NCBI RefSeq assembly: GCF_036365525.1
Contig: NC_090395.1
Span: 65,745,326 to 65,809,325 of the forward strand
Length of the DNA stretch: 64,000 nt
Direction: 5' to 3'
DNA from: Heterodontus francisci
Lineage: Eukaryota
The position numbers and the translations under genes are program-made. Shown here one piece after another: positions 1 through 12,280 of the stretch (position 1 is the stretch's first letter; every line of letters starts with the position of its first letter). The notes beneath the pieces were generated by a model. It was not told the DNA's origin. It worked only from the letters and a program-made list of their open reading frames with translations, and did no database searches.

Positions 1-2600
1 TCTCATGGCATCAGGTCAAACATGGGCAAGGAAACCTCCTGCTGATTACCACCTACTGCCCTCCCTCAGCTGATGAATCAGTACTCCTCCATGTTGATCA
101 CCACTTGGAGGAAGCACTGAGGATGGCAATGGTGCAGAATGTACTCTGGGTGGGGGACTTCAATATCCATAACCAAACATGACTCAGTAGCACCACTACT
201 GACCGAGCTGGCCGAGTCTTAAAGGGCATAACTGTGAGACTGGGTATGTGGCAGGTGGTGAGGGGAACCAACAAGAGGGAAAAACATACTTGACCTCGTC
301 CTCACCAATCTGCCTGCCGCAGATGCATCTGTCCATGACAGTATTGGTAAGAGTGACCACTGCACAATCCTTTTGGAGACGAATTCCCGCCTTCACGTTG
401 AGGATACCCTCCATCGTATTGTGTGGCACTACCACCGTGCTAAATGGGATAGATTTTGAACAGATTTAACAATGCAAGTCTGGGCATCCATGAGGCGCTG
501 TGGACCATCAGCTGCAGCAGAATTGTACTCAAACACAATCTGTAACCTCATGGCCCAGCATGTCCCCCACTCTACCATTGCCATCAAGACAGGAGACCAA
601 CCCTGGTTCAATGAAGAGTGCAGGAGGGCATGCTAGGAGCAGCACCAGGCATACCTCAAAGTGAGGTGTCAACCTGGTGAAGCTACAACCCAGGACTACT
701 TGTGTGAAAAAACTGCAGTATGCAATAGACAGAGCTAAGCAATCCCATAACCAATGGATCAGATCCTAAGCTCTGCAGTCCTGCCACGTCCAGCCGTGAA
801 TGATAGTGGGCAATTAAACAACTAACTGGAGGAGGTGGCTCCACAAATATTCCCATCCTCAATGAAGGCGGACCTCACCACATCATTGCAAAAGACAAGG
901 CTGAAGCATTTACAACAATCTTCAGCCAGAAGTGCCGAATTGATGATCCATCTCGGCCTCCTCCTGAAGTCCCCAGTATCACAGATGCCAGAATTCAGCC
1001 AATTCGATTCACTCCGCGTGATATCAAGAAACAACTGAAGGCATTGGATACTGCAAAGGCTATAGGCCCTGACAATATTCCGGCAATAGCGCTGAAGACC
1101 TGTGCTCCAGAACTTGCCGCGCCCCTAGCATCTTCCCAGCAATGAGGAAAATTGCCCAGGTATGTCTTGTACACAAAAAGCAAGACAAGTCCAACCTAGC
1201 CAAATAGCACCCCATCAGTCTACTCTCAATCATCAGTAAAGTTCTGGAAAGTATCATCAACAGTGTGATCAAGCGGCACTTGCTTAGCAATAACTTGCTT
1301 AGTCACGCTCAGTTTGGGTTCCGTCAGGGCCACTCAGCTCCTGATCTCATTACAGCCTTGGTTCAAACATGGACAAAACAGCTGAACTCAAGAGGGGAGG
1401 TGAGAGTGACTGCTCTTGACATCAAGGCACCATATGATCGAGTATGGCATCAAGGAGCCTTAGCAAAACCGAAGTCAATGGGAACCGGGGGGAAAAACTC
1501 TCCACTGGTTGGAATCATACCTAGCGCAAAGGAAGATGGTTGTGGTCGTTGGAGGTCAATCATCTCAGCTCCAGGACATCACTGCAGGAGTTCCTCAGGG
1601 TAGTGTCCTAGGCCCAACCATCTTCAGCTGCTTCATCAATGACGTTCCTTCAATCATAAGGTCAGAAGTGGGGATGTTCGCTGATGATTGCACAATGTTC
1701 ACTATTCTCGACGCCTCAGATACTGAAGCAGTCCGTGTAGAAATGCAGCAAGACCTGGACAATATCCAGGCTTGGGCTGATAAGTGGCAAGTAATATTCG
1801 CGCCACACAACTCAAGAGGTAAGGTGAGAGTGACTGCCCGGCAATGACCATCTCCAACAAGAGAGAATCTAACCATCTCCCCTTTACATTCAACGGCATT
1901 ACCATTGCTGAATCCCCCACTATCAATATCCTAGGGGTTACCATTGACCAGAAACTGAACTGGAGTAGCCATATAAATACCGTGGCTACAAGAGCAAGTT
2001 AGAGGCTACGAATTCTGAGGCGAGTAACTCACCTCCTGACTCCCCAAAGCCTGTCCACCATCTACAAGGCACAAGTCAGGAGTGTGATGGAATACTCTCC
2101 ATTTGCCTGGATGGGTGCAGCTCCAACACTCAAGAAGCTCAACACCATCCGGGACAAAGCAGCCCGCTTGATTGGCACACCATCCACAAACATTCACTCC
2201 CTCCACCATCGACGCACAATGACAGCAGTGTGTACCATCCACAAGATGCACTGCAGCAATGCACCGAGGCTCCTTAGACAGCACCTTCCAAACCCGCAAC
2301 CTCTACCAACTAGAAGGACAAGGGCAACAAATGCATGGGAACACCACCACCTGCAAGTTTTCCTCCAAGTCACACACCATCCTGACTTGGAACTATATCG
2401 CCGTTCCTTCACTGTCACTGGGTCAAAATCCTGGAACTCCCTTCCTAACAGCATTGTGGATGTACCTACCTCACATGGGCTGCAGCGGTTCAAGAAGACA
2501 GCTCACCACCACCTTCTCAAGGGCAATTAGGGATGGGCAATAAATGCTGGCCTAGCTAGCGATGCCCACATCCCATGAATGAATTGAATGAATGAATGAA
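1..2600 (+). mobile_element. Degenerate non-LTR retrotransposon (CR1/L2-group LINE): APE endonuclease + RT ORF2 and 3' tail; 5' end cut by window
   Basis: Fragmented ORFs with GDFN and SDH endonuclease motifs and RT motifs QFGFRQGHS, LDIK..YDRVWH, GVPQGSVLGP, FADD. Ends in AATAAA..(GAAT)n at ~2540-2600. Confidence 0.9.
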
Positions 2601-2604
2601 AAAA

Positions 2605-3030
2605 CATTTTGGTTAAACATGATTTCCCTTTAACAAAACCATGTTGACTCTGCCTGATTACCTTCAATTTTTCTCAGTGCCCTGCTATAAGGTCTTTAAT
2701 AAGAGCTTCTAACATTTTCCCTAAGACAGATGTTAAGCTAATTGGCCTGTAGTTTCCTGCTTTCCGACTCCCTCCCTTTTTGAATAAAGGAGTTACATTC
2801 ACTATTTTCCAGTCTGGTGGAACTTTCCTGACTCGAGGGAATTTTGGAAAATTAAAACTAACACATCAAATATCTCACTAGCCACTTCTTTTAAGACCCT
2901 AGGATGAATTCCATCAGGACCCGGGGACATGTCAGCCCGCAGCTCCAACAATTTGTTCAGTACCACTTCTCCGATGATAGTAATTTTCTTGAGTTCCTCC
3001 CTCCCTTCCATTTCCTGACTTACAGCTAAT
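2605..3030 (-). mobile_element. CR1 LINE RT fragment
   Basis: ORF 2802..3107(-) contains SPGPDGIHPRVLKEVASEI..LVLIFQNSLESG, a typical CR1 ORF2 segment. Confidence 0.85.
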
Positions 3031-3339
3031 TTAGTGAGGAATCGGTGCAGTGCAGCCAATGGGGGAGCAGGGTAACTCGAATCAGCGTCCAGATTTCTGC
3101 ATTTCACTGCGCATGTGCTGACTCAGGAAATCAGCAACAATCGTCACTTGGTAAAAAGGGTATTAACCCTGTTAATTACTAGACTTAAGTTTCTGTGGTG
3201 AGTTTAATGAGTAATTTATGAATGAATGTAGCAACTTCATCAAAGTCACAGGGAGGTTAAGGATGAGCTGCTGGTTTCGCTAAGCTAACGATGGAACAGC
3301 ACAAATCAGCCAGTAACTTGCAGTGATTCACATTTCGGT

Positions 3340-6080
3340 AATGTCTTCACAGTCCGACATACTAAGGATTAGCAAATCCTTTTACGCTGGGCTGTATGGT
3401 GTGGAGCCCAGGGACAGCACAGCCTCCCAGTCCTTCCTGTCACCTATCATGGAGGTCTTAGATGACAGCATGCGGGAGATTCTGGACAAACTGCTAATTC
3501 TGTACGCTGACAAAGGCCGTCAGGTCCTTCGAGACGAGTAAAACACCCGGAAGTGACGGCTTATCGGTTGAGTTGTATTCAGCTCTGTGGGACGGGTCAG
3601 CCCGGACCTGCTGGAAGTATACAAGAGTATGCTCCTGGCCGGCAGCATGTCAGAATCCATGAGGAAAGACATCATCACCCTCATCTACAAGCGGAAGGGG
3701 GAGAGGGCGGAAATCAGAAATTGGCGGCCCATCTCACTGCTTAATGTTGACTACAAGATTCTGTCCAAAGTCATTGCCAGTCGGGTCAAGTCTGCTCTGG
3801 AGTTGGTGATCCACCCAGACCAGACCTGTACTGTACCCGGCAGGAAGATCTCTGATAGTCTCGTGCTACTCAGGGATACGATCGCCTATGTACGGGACAG
3901 GGGGGTGGACACCTGACTCATCAGCTTGGACCAGGAGAAGGCTTTTGACAGGATATCACACACATAGAATGATTGATGTGCTCTCCAAAATGGGGTATTG
4001 AAGGGAATCCGCAATTGGATCAAACTGCTCTACACAAACATTAGTAGCGCAGTCTCAATCAATGGGTGGGAATCGGAAAGTTTACCAATCCAATCTGGAG
4101 TCAGACAGGGCTGTCCTCTCTCCCCTGTCTTGTTTGTTTGCTGTATTGAACCCTGTGCTGAGTCCATTAGGAAGGATACGGGCATAAGAGGGGTGACAAT
4201 CCCAGGCAGCGGAGGCACTCAGGTCAAAGCCTCCCTGTACATAGATGACGTCGTTGTCTTCTGCTCGGACCCGCGGTCTGTGCGCAGACTGATGAACATC
4301 TGCAACCAGTTCAAACTGGCCTCAGGAACCAAAGTTAACCACAGCAACAGTGAGGCCATGTTCTTTGGGAACTGTGCTGACCGATCCTTTGTCCCCTTCA
4401 CCGTCAGGTCAGACTACCTGAAGGTGCTGGAATATGGTTCGGAGGGGTCGGGGTGTGCGCCAAAACCTGGAAGGAGCAAGTAGCCAGGTTTCACCATAAA
4501 CTGAGCATGTGGCAGCAGCGATCTCTCTCCATTGTGGGAAGAACCAGGCCATCAGGTGCGAGGCGCTCACGTTCTTGCTGTATGTACCATACCCCACTCC
4601 TGCTCCTTGCCAGTCACCCGAGCCATTTTCCGCTCTATCTGGAGATTTAAAATGGACCATGTCCGGAGGGACACGATGTTGAAACCTCTGGATAAAGGGG
4701 GAAAAAATGTACCCAACGTCACCCTCATCCTGATGGCCACCTTTGTGTGCGGCTGCATCAAGCTGTGCGTAGAACCCCAGTATGCACACACCAAGTGTCA
4801 CTACGTGCTGAGGGTCTATCTGTCCTGGTGTTGTGAAGGATGGGCCGGGTCACATTGCCACGGAACGCTCCATCCAGTTGGACCGAGCCATACCACCTAT
4901 CCTTTGTGGAAAAGTTTGTGCAGAAAAACACCTTTGACCACCAATCCATCAGGCAGTGGTCTGCACGGAATGTCCTTAAGGCCCTACGGGAAAAGGAGAT
5001 GGTGGATCCTGTTGGATGGTTCCCCGAGCAGACTGCCAAGGTCATTTGGCAGAATGCCTCATCACCAGAACTTTCAAACAAGCACCAAGACGTAGCTTGG
5101 CTGGTGGTGAGAAGGGGCCTCCCCGTCAGATCCTTCCTGCACGCTGCCCTCGAGGTGGCTGTGGTGGGGAAGAGACAGTTGCCCACCTCCTTCTGGAATG
5201 TGTCTTTGCAAAGCAGGTGTGGCACACAGTGGCACAGTGGTTAGCACCGCAGCCTCACAGCTCCAGGGACCCGGGTTCGATTCTGGGTACTGTCTGTGCG
5301 GAGTTTGCAAGTTCTTCCTGTGACCGCGTGGGTTTCCTCCGGGTGCTCCGGTTTCCTCCCACAGCCAAAGACTTGCAGGTTGATAGGTAAATTGGCCATT
5401 GTAAATTGCCCCTAGTGTAGGTAGGTGGTAGGGAATATGGGATTACTGCAGGGTTAGTATAAATGGGTGGTTGTTGGTCAGCACAGACAGCTGAAGGGCC
5501 TGTTTCAGTGCTGTATCTCTAAATAAATAAAATAAAGAGATGCAGTGGATTTTGTTGAGGTTCATCCCAAACTGCTCTGCAACACAGGAGCCTGTGCTCG
5601 AAGGACTGTTCCCAGGGACGCACACTGAGATAAACATCAGCTGCTGCTGGAGGACCATCAATTCGGTGAAAGATGCTCTGTGGTCTGCCCGAAACTTGCT
5701 GGTCTTCCAGTGCAAAGAGTTGTCCACGACTGAGTGTTGCAGATTGGCACATTCCAAGAACCAGGACTACGTGCTGAGGGACGCACTTGGGGCAGCCGCT
5801 GCAAACGCTCAATGGGGAAAGACCACTGTGTAAGGTCGTCCTGCCATAGTGAACCGAGAGGCTGGAACCTGTGTAAAACCCTTCGGGCTGTATGCACCAA
5901 AATATGGTTTTGCTGTGTAATGCAAATATACATTGCATATAAAATGGAACGGAAAGGTTGTGAGACAACTCACATTCTGTATTGAAGAAAACTGATTTCC
6001 TTTGCATTTCCTGGAATGTCAACTTGGAACTGTTTTCTAATGTATTTTGTTACAGATTTTTATGAATAAAGTATATTTTT
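3340..6080 (+). mobile_element. Tx1-like (L1-clade) LINE, 5'-truncated and frameshifted, interrupted by a SINE
   Basis: RNWRPISLLNVDYKILSK, GVRQGCPLSP, YIDD and the C-terminal zinc knuckle CPRGGCGGEETVAHLLLEC. AT-rich 3' UTR with AATAAA at ~6065. Confidence 0.9.
5223..5537 (+). mobile_element. tRNA-derived V-SINE (shark HE1-like) inserted in Tx1
   Basis: A/B-box head (gtggcacagtggttagcac..gggttcgatt), V-domain (gcgtgggtttcctccgggtgctccggtttcctcccac), CR1-like tail and (TAAA)n. Tx1 frame ..KQVW/EMQW.. resumes after it. Confidence 0.88.
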
Positions 6081-9000
6081 TGGGGGGGGGGGGTGTAGGG
6101 GGGAAGCGTTTGTTAACTGCTTCAGCTGTGAATCTAATTTCCATACTCCGAGGCACAGAGGGGTGATTGAATCTTCCTGTCAATCTCAACATTGTCATGA
6201 GTCTTTTTAAGTTTGCTTTCCAGCACAGGGGACGTTACCAAAGGGGTCCGCGAGAAGGTTTCAACCATTAAAAAGCTGACGCAAATTAAAGTTGGTAATC
6301 GACATCAGTGATCAGACCCAGAGTGGTGCTGCCACCCAGTGGCTTCCACAGAAACTGCTGCTATAATGATATCACATTGAGCATAGTTTCAGTCTCTAGT
6401 TTATTCACTTTAACAGATTCCGCAAGTGTTCCTCACCCTGAACTACACAGGGGTAGAAAAAGAATCCTCAGATAATTGCCCTTCAGTGACCTATATGATT
6501 GAGTCTGGTGGACAAGGAGAAGCAAATTAAACTGTCACTCAGGTTCATCCATTTATATTGTGCTTCTCGATGTCGCACCTCTCTGCATTTAATGCAAAAT
6601 GTCCAACACAGAACATCGGGAATTAAAGTCACAGAGTGATGAAAATCTCTCATAAAATTGTTCAATCTCCCAAATATAAAGAAAATTGGAACAAGCCGGC
6701 AGTGCCTTCGAATCAATATTAAATGTAATACTTAGGACAGCTCCATCCAGAGAATGGGAACATGTTGATGGAGAGTAAAGCAAGAATACAAACTTCTCAA
6801 ATCTTTCTAGGAACTGTGATGATTAAAGACACCAACACAGTCACTTAGAGGCAGACACTGTAATGGGGAAGGGACAGCTGAGAGAGAGATCAATGATTCC
6901 AACCAGGGCCAAGAAATAAGTTTTTCACTATCATGACTACCACATCATCTCAACGGGTCAGGTCTGGTTTAACTGACACTAACCACATTCATAATGTTGC
7001 AGAATATGAAGTTAGTGATGCCAACACAACCAAAGCAGAAACAGAAAAAAATACTGGGTCCAGATGTGGATCCCAAACTCTATTTCCAACACACATATTC
7101 CATTGGCCAGTCCGCAGAGAGTTCAGGGGCATGTTGACAGAACCAAGGGTTACGGGCCCCAAATGTGTCCAAGGTTCCCATTGGAAGTTACTCAGCACAT
7201 CGGGGCAGTTTCCCAGTGTGGAGCACTGGGATGGTTCTCCCTGGTTCAGTCTCCAGGTAATATCTCCAGTGGCGGTCCTCCCAAGTCTCAGAGATTCCCC
7301 TCAGAAATTGGTGCAACTGCCTTCAGCGCGGTGGGTGTGATTACACAGGGCCAATGGCAGCGTGTTATCTACCTTGATGTTCTTGATGTTTAAATTCAGT
7401 GTCATTTACCAGGCTCACTCACCACCAACTAGGACAGGGGAAATACATGACCCTGTGTCAACGGTTTTAGCAGAGGCCTCCTCATCTAGGGATGGATTCT
7501 CCCTCATGGTTTTTGATCATAGCTTGCTTCTACCCAGAGGGCTGAATTTTACCTGCCCCTCGATGCCGCGGATCATGGCACGGGGGCCGGTAAAATTCTA
7601 CGGGGAGAGGCCCGCCTTGATCTGCGATGTCGAGAAGGGCCCGCCGCAAATTACTGGTGGCGGGGGACCTCAGTGCGGCCACCCACCCCCCCCACCCCCC
7701 GCCTGCCGCATGGAGGTGGCACCCCAATTACAATATGTTAAACGGTACTCACCTCTGCAGATTATGCATCCCACCACCTCTACACGGACCTCTCGCTGAA
7801 TGGGCAGCTGTCACGTGCTGTCCCGTTCACCATTTGAAAAGCTGGTGAGTCCTCAGAGGCAGAAGGTTTTGTGGCAGAAGGTATGTTCCTTTTCAGGAAT
7901 CTCACTCTGCATTCTTAAAGGGAGGAGGGAGGGGGGGAATTACAGGGGTCTCACTCTGCATCCTGGAAGGGAGGAGGGAGGAGGTCTGAGATTACTGAAG
8001 GGAAAGCTCTGCAGGCATGAAGGGAGGTACTGTGTACCTTCTCTCTGTAAACAGTGTACACTCTGTGTTTATTTGTGTTTGTGAAGGAGCAATGGCATTC
8101 TAGTAACCCCGTGGGTGGGGAGGGTGACAGAATGGGCAGGAGCAGTAAGGTTATATGGATGGTAGGGCAATTGATTCAGCTGGTAGGATCTTGATGTGGT
8201 CATGCTGTGCCACTCTGAGTGTTGGCAAAGATGGGCAATGCCATGGCACGCCACATAGTTGATCCAGGATGTACAGCTGATGTACCCGTTAACACCAATC
8301 CCTGCCCTGTTAGGAACCTTCAAATACATAAAGGGTTCAACTTTATTTATCACATGGAAATAGGTCTGGCTCATCCTACATTGTGTGATCCTTTGCGCGT
8401 GAGGATCAGTATGCACCAGAGGCAATATCAACAGGCAGGTGCGATCCATGTAGAGGCCCCTGGTTGTGAGCAGCAGCCCCCAAGGGGAGCTCGCCATTAG
8501 AATTGCAGTGGGCTCCAGTGGACATCCTATGCCTTTGGTCTTCATAGTGGCAGCGGCTTGACGCCTATGCAGCTTTTCAGACCCACCGGAGACATTTGTG
8601 GGGTCACACAGTCAGCAATGCATTGCTGCATCAGGGAGGTCACCAGTGCCCTGCACCGGGGGTGGGGGGGAGGGGTGCCAGTGAGTATGTCCACTTCAGG
8701 ACGGACTCTCACAGCCAGGCCCAGAGGGCCGTCGGTTTCAGCACCATTGCCAGAGAATCATAGGTTGTAATGTTCATAGACTGCAGTCATGTGGCCATCA
8801 GGCCTCCTGCCAGGCTACCACCTGCAGACGTCACCATTAAAGGAATCTGATCAATTTAGATAAAGCAGGTATGTGATCACCGCAGATGCTTCATGCAAAT
8901 CTGTGACCATTTCTCAGGCAGCTGTCATGACACTTGGGTCCTGCGCCAGTCCTGGCTGCCACCGCTGCTCGCTGAACTGGCTCAGATAGAGGGGTAGTTT

Positions 9001-9054
9001 TTAGAATTAGAATTAGAATTAGAATTAGAATTAGAATATTACAGCGCAGTACAG
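9001..9054 (-). repeat. (TTAGAA)n tract; antisense CR1-type 3' tail micro-insertion
   Basis: Reverse complement reads ctgtactgcgctgtaatattctaattctaattctaa.., the form of a CR1/SINE 3' terminus. Confidence 0.65.
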
Positions 9055-9961
9055 CGAGATAAGGACTATCCTTTGCACACGTGGCTCCCGACACCAGTGA
9101 GAGACTCCACCATTGTTGCAGAAGAGATATACAATGCCAGCCACTGAGCTACATGAGCCACCATTGAGCAGGAGATCAGCATGCTGAAAGAGCGTTTCCA
9201 ATGCCTGGATGGATAGGGTGATGCCCTGTACTAGGGGCCAAAAAGGCCAGCTCCTTTCTTTGCTGCTCTGCACAACTACGCACTCAATAGGGGCCAGGCC
9301 TGGCATGATGAGGAGAGACATCAACAGGATTCCTCCTCGGACCTACAATATGAAAGATGCATGGGAGGGCAGATGACACCCAGGCTCTGTACAGCGGTGG
9401 CTTATCAGACAAAGGCTGTCTGCTCCATAGGAACCGACATGAGCTCTGCAAGCCACACATCCCCCTCGCTCACCTGCTGTGCACCAGTCCACATCTGCAG
9501 CATCCCTGTGTAAACCATTAGAGGCAGCAGCTGACTGAGCCAATGTCTATGTCACTGCATCCGTGGAGACGCTCATGAGTAATGGTGGCATGGCAATGAT
9601 GTTATTGCACACGTTGGCTGTCCTGAAGATCCAACTGTGCAAAGGGATGTGACATTGGCGCTACATGCTGGCACATATCATTCACACAGAGAAAAGGACA
9701 CACATGTTGGTGAGGAACATTTAGTGAATGACGTATTTACATTGCTGTGACACCCGTGCATTCCCATTTGTGTCAGTGTGTTCTCTGTAAACCTCTGTAA
9801 TACCTTTTATGGTCTATTTAAGTCTCACGTCCTGGAATGTGCAAAATTAAGATTATTCACCCAGGTGCAGCACGCCTACAAGAAGGAATGTTACACTTGA
9901 GTGGGAGAAGAGGATCATAACTTCACAGGACACTGGGACACAGCAGGGTAAGTATGTGGCT

Positions 9962-10123
9962 GCAAAGCGGAAAGTGCTGGGCTAACTCAGCAGGTCAGGC
10001 AGCATCTGTGGAGACAGAAGCAGAGTTAACTTTCAGCTCTGTGAACTTGGACAAGTTAACTCTGCTTCTCTCTCCACAGATGCTGCCTGACCTGCTGGAT
10101 TTCTGCAGCACTTTCCGCTTTGC
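9962..10123. repeat. Palindromic hairpin repeat (~70-bp arms); related copies or half-copies at ~15360-15435, 21930-22140, 32965-33075, 37150-37235, 59820-59940
   Basis: gcaaagcggaaagtgctg..gcagcatctgtggag..gagttaactt mirrored by aagttaactc..ctccacagatgctgcc..cagcactttccgctttgc. Confidence 0.75.
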
Positions 10124-10740
10124 TGTCAGATTTACAGCAGCCCCCACTCTTCAGCAGTCCGGTAAGTATTTCTTTGACAGCTGTCAGGAAGCAGGTGCTG
10201 GGGTGCTTAAAATAGGGCCCCAGCACCTGCTGCACAACTGTCAAAAACTCTCTCCTTGCGCCAAATGTCCCGGCTCTCCCCACGTAACATGGGGAGGGTG
10301 GGTTGGCGCTGTGATGCTAATGACCCGCCGCGCGTAATATGGCAGGGACCCGCTAAATGCGGGCACCCCGCTGACTTTAAAGGACGCTGCCGCAGAGCAC
10401 TGCGCCCGAATAAAATTCAGCCCAGAGTCTTTCCTCTGTGAATCATGTTCCTTCTTTGCCTGAAATTGCCTGATAACCCGTTTGTGGATCTGGTAAATGG
10501 AGCAGAGGGAGCCTTTCTCCCACATATCTAGGGGTCCTCGTCCTGACAGAATTCTTGTTCAGCACCAGCAACAAGTTTCACATTAAGCAAATCAAACCAC
10601 AAGATCAATAAATATATCTGTTTAAATATATAAATCATTTTAGACAGAAAAAATACTCCTCTTACAGGGGTTTGTGAAATTCTTAAAATTTTGCTTGGGT
10701 CGGTTTTATCCATTCCTGGTAAAATGTTAATACTTGTTTT

Positions 10741-10830
10741 TACAATTTTCTATCCTTTGTTGAAAAGTAGTTGCATCAGCTGGTTTCCGCGACCAGCCTT
10801 CCTGCTGTCTTCTTCCTCATTTAAATTCCT
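10741..10830 (+). promoter_or_regulatory. Putative proximal promoter of receptor gene A (ETS/PU.1 sites)
   Basis: Block ttcctgct(g/a)tcttcttcctcatttaaattcctt is almost identical upstream of gene B (53910-53942). It contains TTCCTG and CTTCCTCATTT (PU.1-like GAGGAA on the minus strand) ~90 bp before the ATG. Confidence 0.55.
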
Positions 10831-10908
10831 TTTACCATTTACATTTCATTGTGAGATCGAAGAGCTGGGTGACCAACAGCAAGTGCTGATCTGATCTTTG
10901 TGAATAAA

Positions 10909-10948
10909 ATGATGTGGATTCCGATTCTTCTCATTTGTTCCCTGCCCG
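10909..10948 (+). CDS. Gene A exon 1: signal peptide MMWIPILLICSLP(V)
   Basis: AAAATG start, hydrophobic leader, phase-1 donor G|GTGAG; paralogous to 54032-54068. Confidence 0.85.
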
Positions 10949-11383
10949 GTGAGCAACAGTCAGAGCTGGATCTTCAGATAATCAGTGTTAGTTTCTGTCT
11001 AGTGTACGGTTTATACAGTGAAGATGTTTAAATACTTGGAGACATGTAAAGGCACAAAATACTCAGCAAAAATAAATGAACAGTTTTGTGTGAAGTATTG
11101 TATCTCTTTTAGACTATACTATTGTACCACGGAAATATTTACCAATACACACTAAACTGCATTATTAATTGTTAATAGAAAAGGGACCATTTAATTTTTT
11201 TTAAGTTGCACGAATAACAATCAAAATGCAAAGGTAATCTCTTTAATCTGTAAAACATGATTTTTGTGTGATATCCAGTATACACTGACAACTGCAATGG
11301 TAATAATCCCTCCAACAGAAGATGACTCGGGTTTGCAATTGTTTCAGTCATTTAAAATACTTTTGATGAAATGTTGTTTTCTG

Positions 11384-11795
11384 AAGTTCTGGGTTCAGGT
11401 CCAACTTCCAGGGCTTGAGCACAAAAGTCAAGGCTGACCCTCCAGTGCAGTACTGAGGGAGTGCTGCAATGTTAAAGATGCTGTCCTTTTGGATGAGATG
11501 TTAAACTGAGGCCCCATCTGTTTGAGTGGATGTAAAAGATCCCGTGGCACTATACTGAAGAGCAGGGGGAGTTATCCCTGGTGTCCCGGTCAATATCTAT
11601 CCCTCTATCAACATTACAAAAAACAGATTATCTGGCCATTATCACATTGCTGTTTGTGGGAGTTTCCTGTGTGCAAATTGGCTGCCATGTTTTCTGCATT
11701 ACAACAGTGACTACACTTCAAAAGTACTTCATTGGCTGTAAAGTGCCTTGATCTGGTGTTTGTGAAAGGCACTATATAAATGCAAGTTTTTCTTT
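11384..11795 (+). mobile_element. DeuSINE-type SINE (AmnSINE1/SacSINE1-like)
   Basis: Deu-domain core tgcagtactgagggagtgctgca..ggatgtaaaagatccc..attgctgtttgtggg..aaattggctgcc and tail aaggcactatataaatgcaag. Confidence 0.8.
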
Positions 11796-12280
11796 TTTCC
11801 TAACCAAGCTTTTTCATTTCCACCCCATATTAATCTTATGATATGATGCTGTAATGGAATTGTATGATTAATACTGCCACCTCTCCTCCATTTATGATGA
11901 ATTGATTTTGTAACCAGCAATGTTAAACTCTCAGTCCCACCCGACTCTAACTCTGTTAATTTTATTACGTCAAACCGCCTCATAAAAATTTGTGCCTCTC
12001 GCTCACCCATTTTACACAGAATATTTGGTAATATTCCTCTTTTCAATCCTTCCTCTTTCTGATCTGATCTCTTTTATCTCCCTATTTCCCTCTTTAATCT
12101 TTCCTGCTCTTCTTCCAAATAAAGCTGTGACAACTTTTACACCTGAGGGGCAGACAGGGTCTCCGTTTAACGTCTCATCTGAAAGGCAGCACGACCCTCA
12201 GTATTGAACTGGAATGTTAGCATAGATTTTATGCTCGGGTTTCTGGACTGGGACTTGAACCCACAATCTACTGACTCAGA

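Larger units (their letters stand above)
7539..10423 (+). mobile_element. End-complete PIF/Harbinger DNA transposon with decayed HARBI1-type transposase
   Basis: Perfect 13-bp TIRs GGGCTGAATTTTA (7539-7551) and TAAAATTCAGCCC (10411-10423), 3-bp TSD AGA on both sides. Internal remnants IDCSHVAIR, GDKDYP-like and LKERFQCLD at ~8550-9300. Confidence 0.88.

Noticed and set aside
5228-5290. tRNA genes (also 54717, 60197, 43480, 62190)
   Set aside because: These are SINE heads continuing into V-domain and LINE-like tails; no complete cloverleaf is evident.
9001-9038. Interstitial telomere or CRISPR-like array
   Set aside because: The unit is TTAGAA, not TTAGGG, there are no spacers, and it is explained as a retroelement tail.
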